A DNA stretch of 64,000 bases from a virus. Taxonomy: Duplodnaviria; Caudoviricetes. Shown here piece after piece: positions 20,899 through 28,729 of this stretch. The position numbers and the translations under genes are program-made. The stretch is taken from the IMG/VR virus record IMGVR_UViG_3300031853_000029, positions 6,657 to 70,656 of that record. The stretch is one strand, 5' to 3'. The notes under the pieces are model-generated. The model searched no databases. It had not been told where the DNA came from and saw nothing but the letters and a program-made list of their open reading frames with translations. Numbering within the stretch: position 1 is the stretch's first letter; the number at the start of each line of letters is the position of its first letter.

Positions 20899-21102
20899 GT
20901 GGGTATGGACAATTACGATACGTGGTTAAAAGTAGGCGGAAGTTTTCGATGTGGATGCTGCCTCAGGATGCCAACATTTGTCGATATTCGGGATCTGAAG
21001 GTCTGCCCGCATTGTCAGCATATAATGAACTGGTATGAAACAGATCACGGGTTACTCCCCATGAGGAACCAGGAAGGAGAAGATCGGCATGAAGAAGAGT
21101 AA
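20899..21102 (+). CDS. Small Cys-rich (zinc-ribbon) protein
   Basis: CGCC...CPHC. Confidence 0.5.
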   Translation: MGMDNYDTWLKVGGSFRCGCCLRMPTFVDIRDLKVCPHCQHIMNWYETDHGLLPMRNQEGEDRHEEE

Positions 21103-21355
21103 AAACCCCTACCCAATCAGCATGGGTGACGAAAGCGAGATTGTGAAAGACATTCAGGAGAGACTGGCCCTGCTCGGCAGCAAGGTGCAGGCAACCGGTA
21201 AATTCGGCATCGGGATGCTGAGCGCCGTGAAGAGCTGGCAGAGGAAGAACAAGCTCCAGGTGACGGGCAACGTCAGCGCGTTCCAGTACAACAAGCTGAT
21301 CACGATGACCGATCCGCTAAAGAAACCGGCTAAGAAATCCAGGCGAAAGGCCTGA
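21089..21355 (+). CDS. Stand-alone peptidoglycan-binding (PG_binding_1) domain protein
   Basis: MGDESEIVKDIQERL...GKFG...AVKSWQRKNKLQVTGNV. Confidence 0.75.
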   Translation: MKKSKNPYPISMGDESEIVKDIQERLALLGSKVQATGKFGIGMLSAVKSWQRKNKLQVTGNVSAFQYNKLITMTDPLKKPAKKSRRKA

Positions 21356-21376
21356 CACGTAACTTATATTCTGACT

Positions 21377-21411
21377 CGGGGCGGCCGATCGACGCTGCCC
21401 CGGTCTTCTTT
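21377..21411 (+). terminator. Rho-independent terminator
   Basis: CGGGGCGGC-CGATCGAC-GCTGCCCCG then TCTTCTTTT. Confidence 0.65.
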
Positions 21412-22427
21412 TGGAGGTTGACGTTAAGATGATTATATTCTACACTGATGCCGAGCACCTTGACAACTATAGATCTCCTCAGACGGAAGGGGAAAAGAAA
21501 ATGGACGACAATATGACCGTCATGGAATTTATAGAAGTATGGCTGGAAACCTTCAAGAAAAATTCAGTAAAGACTGCCTCATTCGAACGACTGGTAACGT
21601 CGAAAAAGTCGCTTGCCAATTACGAGATCGCAGAGAAAAAGATCGGTGACATCAACTTCTTTGATATTCAGAGGTATGTTAATCAGCTCGTGGAAGACGG
21701 ATACAGCCTGAGCAATATCAAAAAACAGCTGAGGATCGTTACTTCCCCACTGAAACTGGCTGCGGCCATGAAAATAATCAGGGCTGATCCGTCGATCGGC
21801 GTTAAGCTTCCGAACGAAACCAAAGTAAAAAAGCCGACGAAGGAAGTCGTCGCCTATACGAACGATGAACAGGAACGGCTGTTTAAGCGCGTTGCCGTCA
21901 GTCCGATGAACGCCGGGTACATGGGAATTCTCTTCATGATCGAAACAGGGCTCAGGAGCGGGGAACTGCTGGCGTTGAAGTGGAAGGACGTCGAGCTGGA
22001 TCGAAGCCGGCTGCATGTTCACGCGACCATACTAAATCCGATGAGCAACGTAAAAGCAGTCTATCAGGACTCGCCGAAGACCAAATGCAGTAACCGGATC
22101 GTTCCGCTGACGCCAAAAGCAAAGGCCATTTTGAAGAGACTGATAGAGGACCGGCAGACAGAATGGGTCTTCGAGGACAAGGGGAAGCGCTACAGCTATA
22201 AGCAGCTGATGTACCAGACAAAAAAGTTATGTCGGGAAGCCGGTGTAACCTACTATGGCGAGCATGTGTTTCGGCATACCTTTGCGACAAACTGCTACTA
22301 CAAAGGAATCGACGTGAAGATTCTGAGTAGGCTGATGGGCCACAGCAGTGTCAGCGTGACGTACAACACGTACATCAATCTGTACGGCGACGGCTTCGAC
22401 GAAATGTACGCTGCGCTTTGCCTGTAA
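21411..22427 (+). CDS. int: Tyrosine recombinase (phage integrase)
   Basis: TGLRSGELLAL (Arg I), HVFRHTFAT (His-x-x-Arg), LMGHSS...TYNTY (catalytic Tyr); start may be ATG 21501. Confidence 0.93.
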   Translation: MEVDVKMIIFYTDAEHLDNYRSPQTEGEKKMDDNMTVMEFIEVWLETFKKNSVKTASFERLVTSKKSLANYEIAEKKIGDINFFDIQRYVNQLVEDGYSLSNIKKQLRIVTSPLKLAAAMKIIRADPSIGVKLPNETKVKKPTKEVVAYTNDEQERLFKRVAVSPMNAGYMGILFMIETGLRSGELLALKWKDVELDRSRLHVHATILNPMSNVKAVYQDSPKTKCSNRIVPLTPKAKAILKRLIEDRQTEWVFEDKGKRYSYKQLMYQTKKLCREAGVTYYGEHVFRHTFATNCYYKGIDVKILSRLMGHSSVSVTYNTYINLYGDGFDEMYAALCL

Positions 22428-22510
22428 AACTAGGATAAAGGTCTTTTGGGCAAAAATGAAAAATCTGCGTCCCGCCACCACGCTGAAACGCAGATAAATC
22501 AAGGAAACCA

Positions 22511-22556
22511 GAGGTGCCATCCAGATTCGAACTGGAGAATAAAGGTTTTGCAGACC
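22511..22556 (-). other. attP-like core: 3' half of tRNA-Cys(GCA)
   Basis: Reverse complement GGTCTGCAAAACCTTTATTCTCCAGTTCGAATCTGGATGGCACCTC = anticodon arm, T-arm and 3' acceptor strand; 5' half absent; 84 bp downstream of int. Confidence 0.85.
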
Positions 22557-22678
22557 CAAAAGAAAAAATCGCGGAAAATACCGAGGAGATCTATAGATTG
22601 TTTTATAGAGGATTTGGTGCTATTTGTCAACCAAATTTTCCATAAAGCAATCAAAATTATATTCTGGAGGTTACTGTA

Positions 22679-22981
22679 ATGAAGAAGGTCTGGGTATGTG
22701 TGTTTGTGCTGCTGTCTATTGCTTGGCTCGGCATTATATTTTTCGGTAATAAGCTGGGGCTAAGCGAGAAGTGGCTATGGGCGATCCAATCTGGTATATG
22801 GATCGGCGTAGCTATATCCTTCGTCTGCGTGCTCACCGCAAACAGTCGTACGGACGGGGATCTTGTGGCCGGCGCGGAAGATGAAGATGGGCTCGTGTTC
22901 GCTCTAAGTACACCAATCGAAGAGCTCGTACAGAAAGACATTGTTATATTTCACGTAGTAAAGGAGAAAAAACAGAAATGA
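22679..22981 (+). CDS. Membrane protein (2 TM)
   Basis: Two hydrophobic segments; GGAGG RBS. Confidence 0.65.
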   Translation: MKKVWVCVFVLLSIAWLGIIFFGNKLGLSEKWLWAIQSGIWIGVAISFVCVLTANSRTDGDLVAGAEDEDGLVFALSTPIEELVQKDIVIFHVVKEKKQK

Positions 22982-23217
22982 GTAGGTATAAATGTGCGAA
23001 AGAAGACTTCGTAGAACGGCTGAAACTCGCGGCTCAGGAAGTTATCGATAATGCTGAGGACATCGTAGGAAGTCACGATCTTATGAGCCAGGTCGAAGTA
23101 ACTATCACGATCGACACGATTAGGGATTCTCTGAACGACCCTGAAATTCGAGTGAACAAGAGCTTTTATTCAGACAGCATCAAAGCTTATTTGTTCGAAG
23201 ATTGGAAAAAGGGGTGA
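22978..23217 (+). CDS. Hypothetical protein
   Basis: ATGA-coupled ORF. Confidence 0.6.
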   Translation: MSRYKCAKEDFVERLKLAAQEVIDNAEDIVGSHDLMSQVEVTITIDTIRDSLNDPEIRVNKSFYSDSIKAYLFEDWKKG

Positions 23218-23223
23218 GCACGT

Positions 23224-23442
23224 TTGCTGCATGAAGTCAATTTTCATGAATGGTGCCCGAAGTGTGAGCACTTTAAGCTGGCGGAAAGAGAAGATCCCTG
23301 CCATGACTGCCTGAATGAGCCTGTGAATGATGACAGTCGGAAACCGTTCATGTTCAAGGCTGCTGACGGAAAAGGAGATAAAAACGATGAAACATGGAGA
23401 TTTTGTAGACGTACACTTTCCGGACGGTTGCCTGATAGGTAA
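23224..23442 (+). CDS. Cys-rich hypothetical protein
   Basis: TTG start; WCPKC...CHDC. Confidence 0.5.
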   Translation: MLHEVNFHEWCPKCEHFKLAEREDPCHDCLNEPVNDDSRKPFMFKAADGKGDKNDETWRFCRRTLSGRLPDR

Positions 23443-23554
23443 ACTCATATCAGACGAAGGCGAAACTGTAACAGTGGAATTCGACAACGGAATATGTTAC
23501 GGGATACCGAAGTCAAATGTAACTTTATGGGTTGCGAAACCAGAATCTCAGTGA
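23387..23554 (+). CDS. Small SH3-like hypothetical protein
   Basis: AAGGAG RBS before ATG 23387. Confidence 0.55.
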   Translation: MKHGDFVDVHFPDGCLIGKLISDEGETVTVEFDNGICYGIPKSNVTLWVAKPESQ

Positions 23555-23583
23555 TTTAAAACGGATATTCCTGGAGGTGCGAA

Positions 23584-23802
23584 ATGGGACGCATTGTTGT
23601 TATTGAAAAAAATGAAGCTGGGAAGGTCGAGCTGACCAAGGAAGAACTGCAAAAGATGCTGGATGATGCTTACAATCAGGGGTACGCAGACGGCAATAGA
23701 TCGACTACGGTCACTTACCCTTACTGGCCTTACACTGTGCTAACGAACGATCCATGTTCTATTAGCAGTAAAGACTACGTGACTATAACTTGCCAATCGT
23801 AA
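23584..23802 (+). CDS. Hypothetical protein
   Basis: GGAGG RBS. Confidence 0.6.
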   Translation: MGRIVVIEKNEAGKVELTKEELQKMLDDAYNQGYADGNRSTTVTYPYWPYTVLTNDPCSISSKDYVTITCQS

Positions 23803-23807
23803 CAAAA

Positions 23808-23848
23808 AGAAGAGGTTTCGCTGAAAAAGCGGGCCTCTTATTTTTTTC
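23808..23848 (+). terminator. Terminator whose hairpin is a decayed motif copy
   Basis: AAGAGGTTTCGCTGAAAAAGCGGGCCTCTT then ATTTTTTT. Confidence 0.6.
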
Positions 23849-23897
23849 AAATCGAAAAAATCCCGGGAGGGAAAATTTGGAAAAATGTTTTGATATT

Positions 23898-23923
23898 CGC
23901 TGAATTTACACCTTTCTTGGTGG
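23898..23923 (+). promoter_or_regulatory. 26-bp repeated motif, copy 2
   Basis: CGCTGAATTTACACCTTTCTTGGTGG. Confidence 0.6.
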
Positions 23924-23938
23924 AAAGGAGATGAGCAG

Positions 23939-24211
23939 ATGGACGAACTGATCAAGAAGCTTGACGAATTCTTTAGCGATCCGAACAATTTCGACGAGGA
24001 GGGTGATGCCCGTGATGATGCGAGTGATATTAGCGGCGACGTTTACGATACGTTGGTGCGCGACAACATTGGCGTACCATATTCAAAAATCGCGTACATG
24101 GATGATCATGGGTACGAAGTAGTATGCCTCGAGCGGGATTCGTTCGGATGGTTGCTGGGAGGGATCAGCAAAGTGGTCGACGGACAGCGTCGGTTGCTCA
24201 CTTTCGGATGA
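23939..24211 (+). CDS. Acidic hypothetical protein
   Basis: AAGGAG RBS. Confidence 0.65.
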   Translation: MDELIKKLDEFFSDPNNFDEEGDARDDASDISGDVYDTLVRDNIGVPYSKIAYMDDHGYEVVCLERDSFGWLLGGISKVVDGQRRLLTFG

Positions 24212-24271
24212 TTCCTGATTGGCTTCGCGGAAACGCGCGGCCTTTTATTTTTTTGCCCAAAAGTCACACCT

Positions 24272-24297
24272 CGCGTAAATTACTACCCTCTTAATGG
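24272..24297 (+). promoter_or_regulatory. 26-bp repeated motif, copy 3
   Basis: CGCGTAAATTACTACCCTCTTAATGG. Confidence 0.75.
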
Positions 24298-24333
24298 AGG
24301 AGACACCCTACCAAATTTAAGGAGGAAACACAA

Positions 24334-24636
24334 ATGTCAATTTTTAGAAAAAAAGAAGAAACAAAAAAGTATAGTTTCGAAGAAATGGTTGAACTTAGCA
24401 GAATAAGTTCCAACCTAGTCGAATGCCAAAAAATAGATCCTTACGGAAATCCGGAGTATCTGAATTTCCGTTTAGAACTAATTGATGAAGCACAAGCTAG
24501 GTGGAATCGTTTTGCTGCTATACATCCAGAATTCGAAGAGGTACCTATGCTGAAGATGAATCTGGAGATTCTGAAAATGCAAAGAAAAACTTTAATGTGC
24601 AGACTCGAAATGATGGCAAAGGAGGGGCGGGCGTAA
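24334..24636 (+). CDS. Hypothetical protein
   Basis: AAGGAGG RBS; followed by terminator. Confidence 0.65.
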   Translation: MSIFRKKEETKKYSFEEMVELSRISSNLVECQKIDPYGNPEYLNFRLELIDEAQARWNRFAAIHPEFEEVPMLKMNLEILKMQRKTLMCRLEMMAKEGRA

Positions 24637-24654
24637 GCCACCCTCTTCTTTTTT

Positions 24655-24680
24655 CGCCGAAATTACACGTATCTTAATGG
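24655..24680 (+). promoter_or_regulatory. 26-bp repeated motif, copy 4
   Basis: CGCCGAAATTACACGTATCTTAATGG. Confidence 0.75.
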
Positions 24681-24816
24681 AGATATAATGTGCGGTATAA
24701 ACGCAGTGGAGGCTCCCTCGTGGAGGGATAGTTAGCCACGATACAATCGTCTAATGGTAGGACACCGGGCGATTCCGGAGACGTAGGTTCGAAGCCTACA
24801 GACATTATATTTTTTT
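24679..24816 (+). ncRNA. Candidate structured ncRNA with tRNA-like D- and T-arms
   Basis: Ends pair (ATATAATGT 24683-91 / ACATTATAT 24802-10) then U-tract; D-arm GTCTAATGGTAGGAC; T-arm GTAGG-TTCGAAG-CCTAC; no ORF; no acceptor stem. Confidence 0.6.
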
Positions 24817-24842
24817 CGCCGATTTTACACCTGTCATGATGG
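24817..24842 (+). promoter_or_regulatory. 26-bp repeated motif, copy 5
   Basis: CGCCGATTTTACACCTGTCATGATGG. Confidence 0.75.
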
Positions 24843-24853
24843 AGGTGACAGAT

Positions 24854-25033
24854 ATGAATTATTGGGTCGAAGAAAAGAGCGATTTTGATGGACTTTGGGA
24901 ATTGGTTATGGTGTTCGAGTTTAAAGAAAACGCAGAAGAGTTTATTCGGCGGGTGTGCGAAGACGGACCAATATCTATAGATTCGTTAAGAATCGTTAAC
25001 GTGAAAAATGGCGAAATAACATGTCTGAGTTAA
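24854..25033 (+). CDS. Hypothetical protein
   Basis: GGAGGTG RBS; followed by AAGCGGTC-GAAAC-GGACCGCTT terminator. Confidence 0.6.
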   Translation: MNYWVEEKSDFDGLWELVMVFEFKENAEEFIRRVCEDGPISIDSLRIVNVKNGEITCLS

Positions 25034-25071
25034 TATCCAAAAAGCGGTCGAAACGGACCGCTTAACTTTTT

Positions 25072-25097
25072 CGCCGATTTTACACCCGTCATGATGG
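25072..25097 (+). promoter_or_regulatory. 26-bp repeated motif, copy 6
   Basis: CGCCGATTTTACACCCGTCATGATGG, near-identical to copy 5. Confidence 0.75.
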
Positions 25098-25108
25098 AGG
25101 TGATTCAC

Positions 25109-25456
25109 ATGAAAAAACACGAGGTATGTTGGTATGAATCAGATGACGGAAAAATGTTTATGGACGAAGACAAATGTATGAACCACGAAGCTAAGATGTT
25201 ATATCATCAGAGCGGAGTAAGGTTCTATGAAGACGACTGGAGTCCAATCGAATTTAAAGCCGACAACGATTACACATACAATAATGCGTACTACATTGTG
25301 ATTGACCGAACCAATGAGAACAGCAAGAGGTTTGTTGATTATATGAATGACAACTTTGGCTGGTGTTTACTTAAGGATGCTTACGACATGGACGGAGATA
25401 CTTTTGTACTTGAAATGACAAAAGTCACCCCGGTGTCGATACATTTGGTGTATTAA
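25109..25456 (+). CDS. Hypothetical protein
   Basis: GGAGGTG RBS; followed by terminator. Confidence 0.65.
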   Translation: MKKHEVCWYESDDGKMFMDEDKCMNHEAKMLYHQSGVRFYEDDWSPIEFKADNDYTYNNAYYIVIDRTNENSKRFVDYMNDNFGWCLLKDAYDMDGDTFVLEMTKVTPVSIHLVY

Positions 25457-25505
25457 CCAGTGAAAGGAGATCGTTATATTTCAACGGTCTCTTCTTTTTT
25501 TTTTT

Positions 25506-25531
25506 CGCGAAAAATACATACCTCTTGATGG
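25506..25531 (+). promoter_or_regulatory. 26-bp repeated motif, copy 7
   Basis: CGCGAAAAATACATACCTCTTGATGG. Confidence 0.75.
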
Positions 25532-25569
25532 GAACATATTACTTTACGACCAAAAAGGAGGAAAACGGT

Positions 25570-25896
25570 ATGATGAACATCGAAGGAATGACCAAGTATC
25601 TGGAGGAAACTGGACTGGCGGAGCGCTTCAAGCATTTGAAGCCCGGCGACTCGTTTGGCGTTGAATTACCAATCGACGAAGAGAACAACAAGTGGTTACG
25701 GTTCTGGCTTTCGACTGAAGGCGAGAACGACGAGATCGACTATGTGACTCTCGACTTCGAAGGGCTAATTCGTGTCAGAGTTTGCTGTGACGAACAGAAA
25801 CTAGAGGACTGGCTCAACAACAGTGGAATCCTGGAGCTTGCGAAACTGGCCGACGAAGCTCAGGCCGAGACCGAAAAGGCGGAGACTAAGGAATGA
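25570..25896 (+). CDS. Acidic hypothetical protein
   Basis: AAGGAGG RBS before ATG 25570. Confidence 0.65.
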   Translation: MMNIEGMTKYLEETGLAERFKHLKPGDSFGVELPIDEENNKWLRFWLSTEGENDEIDYVTLDFEGLIRVRVCCDEQKLEDWLNNSGILELAKLADEAQAETEKAETKE

Positions 25897-25903
25897 CCCA
25901 ATT

Positions 25904-25943
25904 AGCGGAGACGTTGCGAAAGCAGCTCTCTGCTTTTCTTTTT
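25904..25943 (+). terminator. Terminator of repeated AAGCGGAGAC...TCTCTGCTTT family
   Basis: AGCGGAGACGTTGCGAAAGCAGCTCTCTGCTTTTCTTTTT; relatives at ~28088, ~28629, ~32992. Confidence 0.7.
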
Positions 25944-25969
25944 CGCCGATTATACACGGTTCTTAATGG
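25944..25969 (+). promoter_or_regulatory. 26-bp repeated motif, copy 8
   Basis: CGCCGATTATACACGGTTCTTAATGG. Confidence 0.75.
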
Positions 25970-25980
25970 AGGTGATATGA

Positions 25981-26205
25981 ATGATCACGGGAAAGGACAA
26001 GATGAAAGTTAAATGTTACAAGGGAGCATTAGAGCAATCAAAGCATAATTTCGAACGAATAGCAAAAGATCTGAAGTTGGTGATCGATGCACTTGACAAA
26101 GATGGTATAAACATCTGCGGAGAGCCGTATTGGATGCTGGCTTACGATCATGGGTCTTGCGAAGAAATGGCACGAATATGCGGAAATGAACTTGAACAGG
26201 GCTAA
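25981..26205 (+). CDS. Hypothetical protein
   Basis: GGAGGTG RBS. Confidence 0.6.
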   Translation: MITGKDKMKVKCYKGALEQSKHNFERIAKDLKLVIDALDKDGINICGEPYWMLAYDHGSCEEMARICGNELEQG

Positions 26206-26226
26206 TCGGCCCTTTTCTTTTTTATT

Positions 26227-26252
26227 CGCGAAAAATACATACCTCTTGATGG
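26227..26252 (+). promoter_or_regulatory. 26-bp repeated motif, copy 9
   Basis: CGCGAAAAATACATACCTCTTGATGG, identical to copy 7. Confidence 0.75.
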
Positions 26253-26380
26253 AGAGCCGGCCTATCTTAAGGCAAAGGAGGTTAAAAGAGATTATCTGGC
26301 GATCATGTGAAGGGAGATAACCCGAAGTAGCGGTATGCGCAACCGCGAAACGGACGATTCTCCCGTTTCTTTTTCTTTCA
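26251..26380 (+). ncRNA. Candidate small RNA cassette
   Basis: Motif then ~130 nt lacking an RBS-led ORF; hairpins GCGGT/ACCGC and GAAACGG/CCGTTTC plus U-tract. Confidence 0.35.
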
Positions 26381-26405
26381 AACGAACAAGAAAGGAGGAA
26401 ACGGT

Positions 26406-26669
26406 ATGTGGAAGGACTTAAAAATGATTCTGAGCGTCGGCCTGGCGTATTTACTTTGGCCGTTTATGGCCATTGAGCTTGGTCTGGCCATAATCAAGGA
26501 CACGGCTGCTGGCGTGATTCCTGATAAAGGTGCTCGCGACCACTATGCTTCAGAGAAACTTATGAACTGCAGAGTCCTTCGGTTCTGCTTCAGGATGTTC
26601 CATTCGAATGTGGAGACGGACGAAATTATCAGAGAACATTCCGAAAGGCGAAACAAACGCGGTTTCTGA
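26406..26669 (+). CDS. Membrane protein
   Basis: N-terminal hydrophobic segment; AAGGAGG RBS. Confidence 0.6.
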   Translation: MWKDLKMILSVGLAYLLWPFMAIELGLAIIKDTAAGVIPDKGARDHYASEKLMNCRVLRFCFRMFHSNVETDEIIREHSERRNKRGF

Positions 26670-26694
26670 TTATATTTAAAGGAGGAAAGCGGCA

Positions 26695-26922
26695 ATGAAT
26701 GACGTGCGGGACGGCTTAATCGAGGATCTGCGGGTGACATCGTTCCGGGGAAATCTTCCGGAATTCAGCATGGGGGAACTGAAGTACATGTTCAGGATTA
26801 TTCAGACGAAACCAATGATCAGATACTATGGCGCAAACCGGGCGAAGCAATACAAACAAGCTATCTATGATCGGCTGGTAAGCCGCAAAATTCGTGGAAT
26901 CGAGTGCGAAGTATGGCAGTAA
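26695..26922 (+). CDS. Hypothetical protein
   Basis: AAGGAGG RBS. Confidence 0.6.
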   Translation: MNDVRDGLIEDLRVTSFRGNLPEFSMGELKYMFRIIQTKPMIRYYGANRAKQYKQAIYDRLVSRKIRGIECEVWQ

Positions 26923-27128
26923 GCAAAAAGCAGATCTCAGCAACCGTTATGCCGGAGATAGCTCCAAGAATTGAAACCTGGCTGATGGGACGTAATGTTT
27001 ACTACGAGGTGGAACCGATCAAAAACGGAGCCCGGCTGAAGATCATCGCCTGCTTCCCTGCCGGTGATTACGGTGAACACCGGGCAGAGATGTACGAACG
27101 TTTTCTCGACAGAATTAAACGTAAATAA
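26913..27128 (+). CDS. Hypothetical protein
   Basis: Overlaps upstream stop, fills coding space. Confidence 0.55.
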   Translation: MAVSKKQISATVMPEIAPRIETWLMGRNVYYEVEPIKNGARLKIIACFPAGDYGEHRAEMYERFLDRIKRK

Positions 27129-27141
27129 GGAGGAACCAACT

Positions 27142-27729
27142 ATGCCAAATTGGGCCACAGGAACGATTAAAATTCGCGGAACCAGAGAAAATATTCTGAA
27201 GTTTTGTCAGGAAGAGCTGAGTGAACGAGCAAGCACTAAAGATGAAGAAGCTAGACGTGTCGAATGGGAGCTCGATCTTGCTGATTCGGATTACGATCAT
27301 GGCGATCTCATAGCTACCGTGCATAATGATCCGAGTCTGTGCATCTGGTTCAAGGACAGCAGAAGAAACTTTATTGAAATGGACACCGAGGTTCCGTACT
27401 ATTGGGATATGGAAAACGACGGGGAAACTTATGCCACGACTTTCACGTTTTACAAGCTTCCAAAAGAATCGGATTACTGCATTGTTTTCCCATTTATGGC
27501 CGCATGGGGCGTTGACGAGGACTACTATGCCGAGATAAGCAAAAAATACAAACTCTCCTTCAGAGTTTATACCGTTGAGCAGGGTATGGGATTCTTTTCG
27601 GAGTTTATTGCCGAGAATGGAGAAGTAACGTTCCTTTCTTCCGGGCCTAATATGGAGAAAGAATGGAGCCCCTCAAATACGTACGGACAGTTCGTTTGGG
27701 AATGCCCCTTCCCGTTTCTTGGAGGTTAA
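27142..27729 (+). CDS. Hypothetical protein (MPNW-type, YubB/DUF1281-like)
   Basis: MPNWATGTIKIRG...F..AWG pattern; AAGGAGG RBS. Confidence 0.6.
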   Translation: MPNWATGTIKIRGTRENILKFCQEELSERASTKDEEARRVEWELDLADSDYDHGDLIATVHNDPSLCIWFKDSRRNFIEMDTEVPYYWDMENDGETYATTFTFYKLPKESDYCIVFPFMAAWGVDEDYYAEISKKYKLSFRVYTVEQGMGFFSEFIAENGEVTFLSSGPNMEKEWSPSNTYGQFVWECPFPFLGG

Positions 27730-27738
27730 CGATGATCT

Positions 27739-27764
27739 CGCGAAAAAAGCATCCCTCTTAATGG
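27739..27764 (+). promoter_or_regulatory. 26-bp repeated motif, copy 10
   Basis: CGCGAAAAAAGCATCCCTCTTAATGG. Confidence 0.75.
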
Positions 27765-27796
27765 AAATACAAACGAATAAAAGGAGGTTGCTAACT

Positions 27797-28078
27797 ATGG
27801 CAAAGGAAAGATTCAAGTTTTATCTGGCGATGGATCAGGAAGCCCCCAAAGACGAGAAGAGATTCCAGGAGAGTATGACGGCGGCATACGTGAACGGAAT
27901 CGAGCCGATCGAGTATCGTGAAGATACGGTGCTCGATACTCGAGACAACACGGTCGTAAAAACGATCATCCTGCTGAAATGTACGGAGCGTTGGAACGGG
28001 GCATCAAAGCGGTTCTTCAAGAAGGCAAAATTTGAGTACCTGAACCAGAAGGTAGACGGACTGCCTGTGTTCGGATGA
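27797..28078 (+). CDS. Hypothetical protein
   Basis: AAGGAGG RBS before ATG 27797. Confidence 0.65.
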   Translation: MAKERFKFYLAMDQEAPKDEKRFQESMTAAYVNGIEPIEYREDTVLDTRDNTVVKTIILLKCTERWNGASKRFFKKAKFEYLNQKVDGLPVFG

Positions 28079-28156
28079 GATTCCAAAAAGCGGAGACGCG
28101 GCAAATGCTGCTCTCTGCTTTCTTTTTTTCAAAAATGTCACATCCGGTTACTAATT

Positions 28157-28182
28157 CGCCGAAATTACCATCATCTTTATGG
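28157..28182 (+). promoter_or_regulatory. 26-bp repeated motif, copy 11
   Basis: CGCCGAAATTACCATCATCTTTATGG. Confidence 0.75.
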
Positions 28183-28212
28183 AGAGACTCTATATATTTT
28201 AAAGGAGTGAGG

Positions 28213-28350
28213 ATGATGGAACTTAATGCCGTTATTATTGTAAGTATGATTATATTTACTTTGATTGGTGGAGGAATTGTAACACTCGAACAAAAAATAG
28301 AAGAACTCAAAAGAGAAAGAAAAAGAAAGGATTACTGGTATCGGGTATAA
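28213..28350 (+). CDS. Small membrane protein (45 aa)
   Basis: TM segment plus basic tail; AAGGAG RBS. Confidence 0.55.
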   Translation: MMELNAVIIVSMIIFTLIGGGIVTLEQKIEELKRERKRKDYWYRV

Positions 28351-28378
28351 TGCTCGGTACCTTTATTTTTCAACGCTT

Positions 28379-28404
28379 CGCGTAAATTACCGGCCTCTTT
28401 ATGG
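28379..28404 (+). promoter_or_regulatory. 26-bp repeated motif, copy 12
   Basis: CGCGTAAATTACCGGCCTCTTTATGG. Confidence 0.75.
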
Positions 28405-28446
28405 GAAGGTACGGAAAGTACCTCATAACGAAAGGAGACTGGAAAA

Positions 28447-28623
28447 ATGGAATTTAAATTCAAGTTTGACAATTTGGACGAGCTGAATGCGTGGTTCGAC
28501 TTCTGCTGCACGCGTTGCGCAATGTGCAATCGCGAATACGGCAAAGTGGACCCCTGCTCGACCTGCAAGGCAAACAAGGTTTATGAAACCAGAAGAAAGG
28601 AAATCGAAGAAGGAGGCAAGTAA
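28447..28623 (+). CDS. Small Cys-rich protein (58 aa, not in ORF track)
   Basis: AAGGAG RBS; MEFKFKFDNL...CCTRCAMC...CSTC; followed by terminator. Confidence 0.6.
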   Translation: MEFKFKFDNLDELNAWFDFCCTRCAMCNREYGKVDPCSTCKANKVYETRRKEIEEGGK

Positions 28624-28668
28624 TTCCCAAAAGCGGATGCGCTGCAAATGCAGCCATCTGCTTTTCTT

Positions 28669-28694
28669 CGCGGAAAATACATCTCTCTTAATGG
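28669..28694 (+). promoter_or_regulatory. 26-bp repeated motif, copy 13
   Basis: CGCGGAAAATACATCTCTCTTAATGG. Confidence 0.75.
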
Positions 28695-28729
28695 CAAGGT
28701 TTATATCTACTGAAAAGGAGGAATGCATT

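Noticed and set aside
22511-22556. Functional tRNA-Cys gene
   Set aside because: D-arm and 5' acceptor strand are missing; better explained as att core.
24740-24806. Canonical tRNA gene
   Set aside because: Acceptor stem pairs at only 3 of 7 positions, the anticodon loop is not 7 nt and there is no CCA; kept as a tRNA-like ncRNA instead.
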